Shown here in pieces: positions 9,298-17,748 of a DNA stretch of 38,781 nt (its first letter is position 1; every line of letters starts with the position of its first letter). The translations under genes were made by a program, and so were the position numbers. Origin of the DNA: a virus (Duplodnaviria > Caudoviricetes); the IMG/VR virus record IMGVR_UViG_3300031857_000518, positions 1 through 38,781 of that record; one strand, written 5' to 3'. The notes beneath the pieces are model-generated. The model had not been told where the DNA came from and did no database searches. It saw only the letters and a list, made by a program, of their open reading frames with translations.

Positions 9298-9815
9298 ACA
9301 GCGACGAAATGCCGTTAAAGCCTTGCCCGTTTTGCGGAAGTATGCCGGAATATACGCATGATCAACATGGTCGTTCATGGCTTAGATGTAAGCGTTGTTT
9401 TATTGGTATTGATCCTCAATGGTACGGCGGGGATTTAGGAGTTACAGAGGCATCATGGAATACTCGCGCCGACACAGTGCCGGAGGATAAGGACGTTGCT
9501 GATGCGGTAGAACGCTTCCGATCTTCTTTGTTTTATGCGGCATGTAAATCTGAATTTCCTTCTATGTTTAACGCTTGCGAAACGCTCATTCGTGCCGCAA
9601 CCGCCAAGCGCGATTGTGAGCAACGTTTGAGCAACACAGAAATATTGATGTTTGTTCGCGGCTGGCAAGGCGGAACTGTTGATCAAATTGCTGCTGAATT
9701 AGGCGTAACAACGCTTGATATTATCAATGCTGATTATGACCGCATGCAAGATTTAATGCGTTTGGCGCAAAGCAAGCGCAACGTCGCCGAATACCGCGCT
9801 GGTAAGGAAGAATGA
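9294..9815 (+). CDS. Lar-family (restriction alleviation) zinc-ribbon protein with C-terminal extension
   Basis: LKPCPFCG...CKRC...WNTRA signature. Confidence 0.75.
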   Translation: MNSDEMPLKPCPFCGSMPEYTHDQHGRSWLRCKRCFIGIDPQWYGGDLGVTEASWNTRADTVPEDKDVADAVERFRSSLFYAACKSEFPSMFNACETLIRAATAKRDCEQRLSNTEILMFVRGWQGGTVDQIAAELGVTTLDIINADYDRMQDLMRLAQSKRNVAEYRAGKEE

Positions 9816-9967
9816 TGATAGCAATATTTGTAATAGCCCTGTCAATTTACTATGTGATTGGTTGGTTTTTTGCCGTTGTAGAGCAAAATAAACCGCACAG
9901 TCATGGTTTGTGGACGATAGCCATATGGCCTTATGTTGCAATAAAAAGAATGAGATTTTTAAAATGA
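9812..9967 (+). CDS. 51-aa membrane protein (not in ORF track)
   Basis: ATGA overlaps at both ends; two hydrophobic segments. Confidence 0.55.
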   Translation: MMIAIFVIALSIYYVIGWFFAVVEQNKPHSHGLWTIAIWPYVAIKRMRFLK

Positions 9968-10272
9968 CCCCAGAAGAACATCGCAAGGCCGCATTGGATG
10001 AATTCAAATTGCTTTACAAGCACGGAGAAAAATTCGGTGCTGAAATAATGGTTAAATGTTTTATTTGGTGCGAAAAATACCAAAATGATATCGAAGCCGC
10101 GCTTTCCGCGCCAGCGGTGCAGCCAGATTTAGAAGCAGAGGCTTTTGTGAACCGCACCATTCATAACTTCACCCGATTTCCAAATGAAATAGAAAATTCC
10201 CCGCAACAGAAAAAAACTTTAGAACTTTGGCTGCGAATACAGGAAATTGTTAAAAAGCACAACGGAAGCTAA
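9964..10272 (+). CDS. Hypothetical protein
   Basis: Start MTPEEHRK overlaps the upstream stop. Confidence 0.6.
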   Translation: MTPEEHRKAALDEFKLLYKHGEKFGAEIMVKCFIWCEKYQNDIEAALSAPAVQPDLEAEAFVNRTIHNFTRFPNEIENSPQQKKTLELWLRIQEIVKKHNGS

Positions 10273-10276
10273 CATC

Positions 10277-10675
10277 ATGCAAAACCCTTGGGAAATTTTA
10301 GGCGTACATCGTAAGTCAACGGACGAAGAAATCCGAGAAGCTTTTCACAACCTTGCAAAAATCTACCATCCAGATACAATGGAAAAAAGTTACTCATTTA
10401 AATTCTACCAGATAAACGAAGCCTATCAGTTAATCAAGGATAAGAAACGACGTACTGAGTATCTAAAGCGTCTGACCGGAACTTCCTCTTGTAAGGAGTG
10501 TACCGGAACGGGCGTTCGAACTAAGTCTAAAGGGATAACAGCTAAGACATATCTGGCCTGTAAAGGTTGTAAAGGTTCGGGGTTAATTTTTAACAAGAAG
10601 GAAAATAAAAATGTCGTTATTGAGTTACGAGGAACTGCTGGCTCTGGCCGCAAGGGGAGTGATAAAGAACGTTGA
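10277..10675 (+). CDS. Mini DnaJ: J-domain plus DnaJ-type zinc finger
   Basis: NPWEILGV...YHPD...INEAYQLI; CKECTGTG and CKGCKGSG. Confidence 0.88.
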   Translation: MQNPWEILGVHRKSTDEEIREAFHNLAKIYHPDTMEKSYSFKFYQINEAYQLIKDKKRRTEYLKRLTGTSSCKECTGTGVRTKSKGITAKTYLACKGCKGSGLIFNKKENKNVVIELRGTAGSGRKGSDKER

Positions 10676-11150
10676 TACGGAATACATAAACGCTGCTTCC
10701 ATAGACATCACTTTAGGAAGTTTGGTTATGATAGAAGACAGAGACGCACAACCAGAAACAATATCTTTGGCGAAGCGCGAGCGTCCAAAAATGGTAACAT
10801 TCAACTGTGACACAGGATTTCTTTTACGTCCAGGAGATTTTATCCTTGCACAATCTGAACAAGAGTTTAATCTTCCTAACGATATCAGCGCAGAATATAA
10901 GTTAAAATCTTCTATGGCGCGGATAGGAATTAACCATGCACTTGCCGGCTGGTGTGATGCTGGCTGGAACGGTTCTGTACTAACCCTTGAACTTATGAAC
11001 GTAACAAGAAATCACACGATTGAACTACGTAAAGGCGACCGCATTGGTCAGATGATTTTCTTCCATCACCGCGAAGTTCCTAACGATAAAAGCTATGCGG
11101 CGCGTGGGAGGTACAACAATGATAAGAAAGTGGAAGGAGCTAAAGAATGA
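10611..11150 (+). CDS. dcd: dCTP deaminase (trimeric dUTPase superfamily)
   Basis: INAASIDITLG, KSSMARIG, AGWCDAGWNG, LTLEL, RIGQMIF, GRY. Confidence 0.88.
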   Translation: MSLLSYEELLALAARGVIKNVDTEYINAASIDITLGSLVMIEDRDAQPETISLAKRERPKMVTFNCDTGFLLRPGDFILAQSEQEFNLPNDISAEYKLKSSMARIGINHALAGWCDAGWNGSVLTLELMNVTRNHTIELRKGDRIGQMIFFHHREVPNDKSYAARGRYNNDKKVEGAKE

Positions 11151-11353
11151 TACATAAATTTGTACAGTACATGATCTTGAGACAATGGATGGATTGTTAT
11201 GTTATAAAGAAAGGCAATTCGTATTTCGACGAGACATTAAGTCCAACACAAAGAAAGTGTATAGATCAGAAATCAGCTTCTTGGTGGCGGGATAATCCAC
11301 AAGCTAAAGTTGTAAGAATTTCTTTGAAAGAAATAAACGAGAACCCTACATGA
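11147..11353 (+). CDS. Hypothetical protein
   Basis: ATGA overlaps with both neighbours. Confidence 0.6.
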   Translation: MIHKFVQYMILRQWMDCYVIKKGNSYFDETLSPTQRKCIDQKSASWWRDNPQAKVVRISLKEINENPT

Positions 11354-11799
11354 AAACAGCTAATCCTAAAATGTGGGGTATCGGCTTTACTTGTGGCTCT
11401 TACGATCTTCTTCACGCTGGACACGTACTTGCGTTAAAAGAAGCAAGCGAAGGTTGTGAATATTTAATCGTTGGTTTACAGTCCGACCCTACCATTGATC
11501 GACCTGAAAAGAACAAGCCTATTCAAACGCTCGAAGAACGCCAAATTCAATTAACAGGTTGTCGCTATGTGGACGACGTGATTATATATAACACAGAAAA
11601 AGAACTTTACGATTTCTTGGCGGAGAATTCTCGGGGTATCGATATTAGATTTCTAGGGGAGGATTGGAAAGGTAAGCCGTTCACCGGCCACGAACTACCC
11701 ATACCTTGCGTATTCACTTCCAGAACGCACGCATATTCATCCTCTAATCTGCGTAGAAGGGTTTATTGGGCTGAAAAGGCTAGAAAATACGAGGAATAG
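11350..11799 (+). CDS. Cytidylyltransferase, TagD (glycerol-3-phosphate cytidylyltransferase)-like
   Basis: FTCGSYDLLHAGH (HxGH), LIVGLQSD, GEDWKG, RTHAYSSS; single domain of 149 aa. Confidence 0.85.
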   Translation: MKTANPKMWGIGFTCGSYDLLHAGHVLALKEASEGCEYLIVGLQSDPTIDRPEKNKPIQTLEERQIQLTGCRYVDDVIIYNTEKELYDFLAENSRGIDIRFLGEDWKGKPFTGHELPIPCVFTSRTHAYSSSNLRRRVYWAEKARKYEE

Positions 11800-11846
11800 C
11801 TCGGCTAATAATATTACTCAAAGAAGAAATAATGTTAGTCAAAAAT

Positions 11847-11928
11847 ATACACTTTTAAGCTTTACTTCTTTGTTCGAATGCAGGATAATCTACTTGTAAG
11901 GTCAATTCTGTCCTTACTTCGTGTAAAT
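11847..11928 (+). promoter_or_regulatory. Early promoter P2 with leader hairpin (paralogue of P1)
   Basis: TTTACT(11861)-17 bp-GATAAT, then GTAAGG/CCTTAC stem and CGTGTAAA. Confidence 0.7.
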
Positions 11929-11941
11929 AGGGAGCAATAAA

Positions 11942-12103
11942 ATGTCTAATGTAGTTGATTTCTTTATCTATAAAGAGACTGGTCTTCAGGTCGATCCGGA
12001 AGAATACGCCTTCGCCTTTGAAGCTCTAATCCTAAATCATCCGAGTGGCTGGGTTGTTAAGATCCTAGAGACCGCTCGTTTCATTGCAAAGAATGGAGGT
12101 TGA
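11942..12103 (+). CDS. Hypothetical protein, 53 aa (not in ORF track)
   Basis: GGGAG RBS after P2; MSNVVDFFIYKETG... Confidence 0.6.
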   Translation: MSNVVDFFIYKETGLQVDPEEYAFAFEALILNHPSGWVVKILETARFIAKNGG

Positions 12104-12104
12104 T

Positions 12105-12491
12105 ATGTTGCCGGTTGTAGAAATAGCGCCAGATAATTTTGATCTTGTCGCTCAAATCGCAGATCGCGTAGAGCGCAAGCGTAACCAAGACGACCATGAA
12201 TTTGATCGGATGCGTTTGATGATAGACATTATCAGTGCTGTCGAAGCGGATCCGAAGATCAATCTTAAAACATTACTCAGCTTTCCAGATGGATCTTTCT
12301 TCCACGATGTCGCTGGCATTCAAAAGCACATAGACAGAGAAACTGGAAAGATGACAGATTGTTTCGTACCACGTTGCACGCGCGAGGTCGAAATGACTAC
12401 TTGTAAGACGTGCTCTGAAGAAATGCCGAAGGGTGGTCAGTATGGTACTTGCTGTTCCGCTTCCTGCTGGCGCCAAGCATACGTGTATTGA
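12105..12491 (+). CDS. DUF6874-like phage protein with C-terminal Cys cluster
   Basis: FFHDVAGIQKHIDRETGKMTDCFVPR motif; CKTC...CCSASC tail; GGAGG RBS. Confidence 0.6.
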   Translation: MLPVVEIAPDNFDLVAQIADRVERKRNQDDHEFDRMRLMIDIISAVEADPKINLKTLLSFPDGSFFHDVAGIQKHIDRETGKMTDCFVPRCTREVEMTTCKTCSEEMPKGGQYGTCCSASCWRQAYVY

Positions 12492-12504
12492 AAGGAAAGC
12501 TAAC

Positions 12505-13002
12505 ATGTCTAAAGTAAATCTTAAGCAAGCTGCGATAGATACTGCCGGAGATGCGGAGCCTGAAGTTACTATCAGCGAAGATCTTCTTTTAGAAATTTGC
12601 CCAGCCAGCGTTCTAAAGCAGTTCAAAGCTGCAAAGAGTATAGGAGCTAGAGCGGATTTCTTGTACAGTGTAGATAAAGGCGAGCTGAAAAAGCTGCGTG
12701 ACGCTTATAAGGCTATGGACAATTTTGTCACAAAACTTGAGCAGTGGTTTATCCAAGAGCTGAGCGACGACGAGCGTGGCGTTGCTGGTAAAGTTGGCCG
12801 CGTAGAAGTTAAGGTTAAAGAGTTGGCCACTGTAGAAGACTGGACAGCGTTCTATGCGCACATCGCCAAGAAGAAAGAGTTTGATCTTTTGAACAAAGCT
12901 CTGAACCAGAAATCTATACAGGCGCGTTGGGAAGACAACAAAGAAATCCCAGGAGTCGGTAAATTCTCTAAGAAGACAATCAGCTTAACAGGAGTGAAAT
13001 AA
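12505..13002 (+). CDS. Conserved replication-module protein
   Basis: VEDWTAFYAHI...FDLL...IPGV motif typical of genes next to phage PolA and SSB. Confidence 0.6.
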   Translation: MSKVNLKQAAIDTAGDAEPEVTISEDLLLEICPASVLKQFKAAKSIGARADFLYSVDKGELKKLRDAYKAMDNFVTKLEQWFIQELSDDERGVAGKVGRVEVKVKELATVEDWTAFYAHIAKKKEFDLLNKALNQKSIQARWEDNKEIPGVGKFSKKTISLTGVK

Positions 13003-13008
13003 GGTAGA

Positions 13009-13200
13009 ATGTCTTACTCGTATAAATTGACAATCATAGTGATGAATAAGAAGACGAAGGAAGTATTGGAGACAAAAGAAGAATCATTCTACTCTATCTA
13101 CAATGCAGAACGTCGGGCTATAGAAGCCAAAGACTACAACATCTTCTTTACACAGAGCCCAAACAAAGTAGTCACAAAAATTGAAATGATAGCCGCATGA
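13009..13200 (+). CDS. Hypothetical protein
   Basis: ORF in a tightly packed operon. Confidence 0.55.
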   Translation: MSYSYKLTIIVMNKKTKEVLETKEESFYSIYNAERRAIEAKDYNIFFTQSPNKVVTKIEMIAA

Positions 13201-13379
13201 CTTACCAACCATTTTCTTTCGAAGAACTGAAAGATCTTAAGAAAGAGCTTAATCGACTACAAGACTGTGAGGTTTTAAATAAACACTACACTATTGTTAT
13301 CGCACAGACCATACAAGTCGTACAGCAGAATATGACAGAACTAGCAACCCAACAACGTGGATTATTGTCCGCAGTATAA
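13197..13379 (+). CDS. Hypothetical protein
   Basis: ATGA overlap with the previous gene. Confidence 0.55.
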   Translation: MTYQPFSFEELKDLKKELNRLQDCEVLNKHYTIVIAQTIQVVQQNMTELATQQRGLLSAV

Positions 13380-13389
13380 GGAGACTAAA

Positions 13390-14142
13390 ATGGCTAAGAA
13401 AACAACAGGAACTGATCTTGTCAAATGGGAAGAAAAGTTTGCCAATATTGCTCGCGAGAATGCTAAGAACGTCAAAGTTTCGCAGGGTAAATTTTTGAGC
13501 TTTAAATCCGGACAGATGTCTTTTAATGGTGAAGAGATCGAGGATAACGAACTGCGCTGCGTTATTGTCGGCTGGGCGTACCACAACGCCTATTACGATC
13601 CAAGCGTTCGTTACGACCCTAAGAACCCACAATCACCTCTTTGCTATGCTACGGCAACGAGCGAGGAAGAGTTAGTCCCGCATGAAGAAGCTCCAGAAAA
13701 GCAAGCCTCAGCCTGTTTGGGTTGTCCTTTGAATGAGTTCGGAACAGCTGCTACTGGTCGGGGTAAGGCTTGCAAGAACGGTATCAGGCTTGCACTTATC
13801 GCAGAAGATGATATGAACGACCCTTCCAGTGCTGAAGTTGTTTATGCGGCGATACCAACAAAGTCTATTAAGAACTGGCTGATCTATGTCACTAGAGAGC
13901 TACGTGACAAAGTTGGTCGTCCAAGCTGGGCTGTTGTAACTTCCATGAAATGTACTCCGGATGCGGAAAGTCAGTTTAAGATAACCTTCCGAAACGAAGA
14001 GCTTATCGAGAACAGCAAATTGTTCGATCCTCTCGAAAAGCTTTGGGAAAGTACCATGGAAGGGATTGACTTCCCATATCAAAAACAAGAGAAGGTTGAG
14101 AAGCCTAAGAAGGGCAAGCCTCAAAAGTTTGCGCGGCGATAA
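13390..14142 (+). CDS. Putative ssDNA-binding/annealing protein with Zn ligands
   Basis: PLC...CLGCPLNEFGT...GRGKACKN..RLAL motif; strong AAGGAG RBS; upstream of polA. Confidence 0.55.
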   Translation: MAKKTTGTDLVKWEEKFANIARENAKNVKVSQGKFLSFKSGQMSFNGEEIEDNELRCVIVGWAYHNAYYDPSVRYDPKNPQSPLCYATATSEEELVPHEEAPEKQASACLGCPLNEFGTAATGRGKACKNGIRLALIAEDDMNDPSSAEVVYAAIPTKSIKNWLIYVTRELRDKVGRPSWAVVTSMKCTPDAESQFKITFRNEELIENSKLFDPLEKLWESTMEGIDFPYQKQEKVEKPKKGKPQKFARR

Positions 14143-14170
14143 CTCTCAGGGGAAATCGTGTGCGTGAAAG

Positions 14171-14218
14171 ACCAGCCAGTCTTGTTGGCTCCCTGTTATC
14201 AGGGCTGGCTGGTTCTTT
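14171..14218 (+). terminator. Intrinsic terminator or long hairpin
   Basis: ACCAGCCAGTCTTG/CAGGGCTGGCTGGT stem (G-U pairs on + strand) followed by TCTTT. Confidence 0.6.
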
Positions 14219-14235
14219 AAACTGCGGAGAGTAAG

Positions 14236-14430
14236 ATGAAAGAACTTAAAAATTGGATAGAGTTGAATATTGCGTTGCTAAACAGCAGCGAGGAGTTCTG
14301 TAAGCAACTCTTAGACTTTGAAGTTAAGAACAAAAAACGTGTGACCTTTGTGAGGCGAATATTCGGTCGTTGGGCCATGCTTAGAAATCGCAGTGAACTG
14401 GCAAAAGTTTTAAGAAAGATTTCAAAGTGA
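14236..14430 (+). CDS. Hypothetical protein
   Basis: GGAGA RBS; GTGA overlap with polA. Confidence 0.65.
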   Translation: MKELKNWIELNIALLNSSEEFCKQLLDFEVKNKKRVTFVRRIFGRWAMLRNRSELAKVLRKISK

Positions 14431-16295
14431 AGATCCCAAAAGTAGTAGCTATAGATTTCGAGACCAAAGGTATCGAAGAGCGACCTGACTATCCTCCTGT
14501 CCCAGTCGGAGTTTCTATTCAGTGGTACAATCAGAAAGTGCCAAAGTATTTTTCTTGGGGTCATAAAACAAATAACAATTGTACGAAGGAAGAAGCAGCT
14601 TTGGAGCTCAAAAAGATTTGGGCAACAGAATTCCCTGTTCTATTCCACCATGCTAAATTCGACATTGACGTTGCAGAGACGCATATGGGTATGGTACCAC
14701 TACCTTGGCATAGAATTCACGATACGCAATTCCTATTGTTCTTACAAGATCCACATGCAGAAAGTCTAGCGTTAAAGGCTTCAGCTGAACGTCTTTTAAA
14801 CATGAAGCCTGACGAGCGTGATGCCCTTATGGAATGGATACTGAACAACGTTCCAGAGGCGGCGAAGAAGAAATCTACATGGGGTGCGTACATCAGCGAG
14901 GCTCCTGGAACTTTAGCAGGTATCTATGCCAATGCCGACGTTACACGCACTAAGAAATTATTCGAACACCTTTACCCGATAATAGTTTCTGAGAATATGC
15001 TGGCTGCGTACGATCGCGAGCGCAAGCTACTTCCTATGTTCCTCGAAAGCGAGCGTAGAGGTATGCGCGTCGACGTTTCTGCGCTGCGTAAAGACATAGC
15101 GATGTATTACGGAGAACTTGAAAAAGCTGAAAATTGGCTTCTTAAGAAGCTGAAGCTGAAAGAGCTTAATTTTGACAGTGACGTTGAACTTTCTAAGGCT
15201 TTAGAAAATTCAAAAATCGTGACGGACTGGGAACTTACAAAAACCGGCAAGCGTTCTACTTCTAAGAAGACAATGACGATTGAAAAGTTTACAGATAAGA
15301 ATTTCTTTCTTGTCCTTGGCTACCGTAACAGACTCACCACTTGCCTTCGAATTTTCATGGAGCCTTGGCTTGCTAAGGCTGAAAAGAACAAGGGATATAT
15401 TAACCCGAACTGGAACCAAGTTCGCCAGCCAAAAGGTTCAGACGATACAAAAGGCACGCGCACCGGACGTCCAAGCTGCGACAATCCTAACTTTCTAAAC
15501 GTGGCTAAGTCATTCGAGGATCGTGGAGACGACTGGACACACCCCAAGTTTATAGACTTAGCACCTCTACCTTTGGTTCGTAACTATACGCTGCCAGATC
15601 CTAATTGCGTATGGCTACATCGAGATTATAATCAGCAGGAGCTTAGAATACTAGCACATTTTGAGAATGGAAAGCTGATGCAGGCGTATAAGGACGACGT
15701 AAGGCTAGACGTTCACACCTTTATTCAGAACGCTGTTAAAACTCTACTCGGTAAGTTTTTCGACCGCAGCACGATTAAAACAACGGTGTTCGGGAGGATA
15801 TACGGTCAAGGCTTGGGAAGTTTAGCGATGCGCCTCAAAGTTCCTGTGGAAGAAGTTAAACAAGTTCGAGACGCTCAGAACAAAGTTCTTCCTGGACTTC
15901 CAGACATTGACAAAAACATTAAAGATATGGCGCGGCGCGGAGAGCCTATTGTAACTTGGGGTGGTCGGATATATTATTGCGAAAAACCAAAGTACGTAGA
16001 AAAGTTTGATCGCGAAATGACCTTTGAGTATAAGCTTCTCAATTATCTCGTTCAAGGTTCTGCTGCCGACGCTACTAAGGAAGCTCTTATTCGTTGGTAC
16101 TATCATCCGGAGCGCAAGGCTCGATTTATTGTTACCGTGTACGACGAAATTAATATATGTGCGCCAAAGAGCATCGCAAAGCAGCAGATGAAATTACTTC
16201 GTGAATGTATGGAGAGTATCGAGCTTGACGTTCCGTTGATATCCGACGGAGCCGCAGGATCAAGCTGGGGTAATTTAGAGAAAGTCAAATGGTGA
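14427..16295 (+). CDS. polA: Family A DNA polymerase with 3'-5' exonuclease
   Basis: Exo I IDFET; TGRPS; motif A DYNQQELRILAH; motif B KTTVFGRIYG; QGSAAD; motif C VYDEI. Confidence 0.96.
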   Translation: MKIPKVVAIDFETKGIEERPDYPPVPVGVSIQWYNQKVPKYFSWGHKTNNNCTKEEAALELKKIWATEFPVLFHHAKFDIDVAETHMGMVPLPWHRIHDTQFLLFLQDPHAESLALKASAERLLNMKPDERDALMEWILNNVPEAAKKKSTWGAYISEAPGTLAGIYANADVTRTKKLFEHLYPIIVSENMLAAYDRERKLLPMFLESERRGMRVDVSALRKDIAMYYGELEKAENWLLKKLKLKELNFDSDVELSKALENSKIVTDWELTKTGKRSTSKKTMTIEKFTDKNFFLVLGYRNRLTTCLRIFMEPWLAKAEKNKGYINPNWNQVRQPKGSDDTKGTRTGRPSCDNPNFLNVAKSFEDRGDDWTHPKFIDLAPLPLVRNYTLPDPNCVWLHRDYNQQELRILAHFENGKLMQAYKDDVRLDVHTFIQNAVKTLLGKFFDRSTIKTTVFGRIYGQGLGSLAMRLKVPVEEVKQVRDAQNKVLPGLPDIDKNIKDMARRGEPIVTWGGRIYYCEKPKYVEKFDREMTFEYKLLNYLVQGSAADATKEALIRWYYHPERKARFIVTVYDEINICAPKSIAKQQMKLLRECMESIELDVPLISDGAAGSSWGNLEKVKW

Positions 16296-16957
16296 TTAAA
16301 ACTTTTAAGAAGATAACTTCTTGGAGCTATAGTCGGTATTCTCAGTACTCAAAATGCCCTGCGAGCGCCAAATACAAGTTTATCGACAAATTGCCAGAAC
16401 CACCTTCCCCAGCCATGGCGCGTGGCGACGACATTCATAAGCTCGCGGAAGCGTATGCAAAAGGAAAGCTTAAAACTTTACCAGAAGAGCTTAAACAGTT
16501 TGAAGATCAGTTCAAAATTTTAAAAGATTCTAATCCAGAGGTCGAAGTTACTTGGGCGTTTACCGCTGACTGGAACCAGACAAAATGGGACGACTGGAAT
16601 AATTGTAAAGTGCGAATAAAAGTTGACGCAGCTTGCCTAGATGGTACAACAGTCTATGTTATAGACCATAAAACAGGTAAGCTTCGGGACGGGTATGACG
16701 AACAGCTTAGCCTGTACGCTGGCGCGGCAACGCTTGTCTATCCACATGTGAAGACTGTTAATACGCAGCTTTGGTTCTTGGACAGCGGCGACGTTGTTGA
16801 GAAAGAATATAAAGCCTCCGAAGGTGCTGCGATTTTAAAAGAATGGGATAAAAAGATTGAGCCAATGTTGAATGACACGAGGTTTAATCCGAAGCCAGGA
16901 AATCATTGCAGATTTTGCGCGTTCTCAAAAACGAAAGGTGGGCCATGCAAGTTTTAA
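16289..16957 (+). CDS. Cas4/RecB-like PD-(D/E)XK exonuclease
   Basis: SYSR..CP, VDA...IDHKTG, QLSLY, C-terminal CRFC...C. Confidence 0.88.
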   Translation: MVIKTFKKITSWSYSRYSQYSKCPASAKYKFIDKLPEPPSPAMARGDDIHKLAEAYAKGKLKTLPEELKQFEDQFKILKDSNPEVEVTWAFTADWNQTKWDDWNNCKVRIKVDAACLDGTTVYVIDHKTGKLRDGYDEQLSLYAGAATLVYPHVKTVNTQLWFLDSGDVVEKEYKASEGAAILKEWDKKIEPMLNDTRFNPKPGNHCRFCAFSKTKGGPCKF

Positions 16958-17229
16958 AACAGTATCGTTTAGCTCAGTATTACAGAGATAGAAATTCTGA
17001 AATTTTAAGATTAAGGCGGTCAGGATACACATACGTTGAAATAGGAAAGAAATTTAACCTTACACCAGCAAGAGTCAGTCATGTATGTATTAAAGCTAGA
17101 AGATATGAGGCTTTAGACGAAAGAGCTATGATCCATGCTCAGGGAACTATAGAAGAGATAGCATGGCAATGTTTTAAACGTCTAAAAGAACTAGAGAAAT
17201 ACAACCCAAAAAGTAAAGGTGAACTATGA
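16945..17229 (+). CDS. Sigma region-4-like HTH protein
   Basis: RNSEILRLRRSGYTYVEIGKKFNLTPARVSH. Confidence 0.75.
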   Translation: MQVLKQYRLAQYYRDRNSEILRLRRSGYTYVEIGKKFNLTPARVSHVCIKARRYEALDERAMIHAQGTIEEIAWQCFKRLKELEKYNPKSKGEL

Positions 17230-17537
17230 AATCTTCAAAAGACGAACTCGACCGCTCACTTGAAAGACTTTTAGAACTGCCAAAAGAACAGCAACTTGGT
17301 GTGTTAAAACAATTCTTTCGCGGAGGTGTGACCAGTGTCAGCATTAGAAAAACGAGAAGAGGCCAAGCTAGTAAAGTGGCTTCAAAGCCACAAAATAAAG
17401 TGGAAGAAGAAAGCGACCGGAGAGCTCCTAGACAGATGGATCTTTTTGCCGATGGGCCATTTGTTCATAATAGAATTGAAGAGAAAGGACAAGGGTCAAT
17501 TATCTCGTCGGCAGGAAAACGAAATAAGAGATCTTAG
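17226..17537 (+). CDS. Hypothetical protein (3' two-thirds overlaps the VRR-NUC gene)
   Basis: ATGA overlap and AGGT RBS; only the first ~36 codons are non-overlapping. Confidence 0.35.
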   Translation: MKSSKDELDRSLERLLELPKEQQLGVLKQFFRGGVTSVSIRKTRRGQASKVASKPQNKVEEESDRRAPRQMDLFADGPFVHNRIEEKGQGSIISSAGKRNKRS

Positions 17538-17748
17538 AAAGTTAGGTTATGATGTCGAAGTCCACGATAACGCTCAACAAGCCATCGAAGCTGTCGAACT
17601 CCGCTTGGAAGCCGCATTCCTATCAGCGCAAGGCCGTGAAGTTTATGCTTCAAAACTCCTGCGCGGGTCTGTTACTCGATCCAGGATTAGGGAAGACAAG
17701 TATAAGCATCGCAGCACACAAAATTCTTCAAAAAGAAAAACTGATTAG
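17335..17748 (+). CDS. VRR-NUC-like nuclease
   Basis: DRWIFLP...IIELKR...LSRRQ...LGYDV; GTG start with GGAGG RBS. Confidence 0.75.
   Translation: MSALEKREEAKLVKWLQSHKIKWKKKATGELLDRWIFLPMGHLFIIELKRKDKGQLSRRQENEIRDLRKLGYDVEVHDNAQQAIEAVELRLEAAFLSAQGREVYASKLLRGSVTRSRIREDKYKHRSTQNSSKRKTD

Noticed and set aside
16289-16957. CRISPR-associated cas4
   Set aside because: There is no array or other cas gene; solo Cas4-like nucleases are routine beside phage polA.
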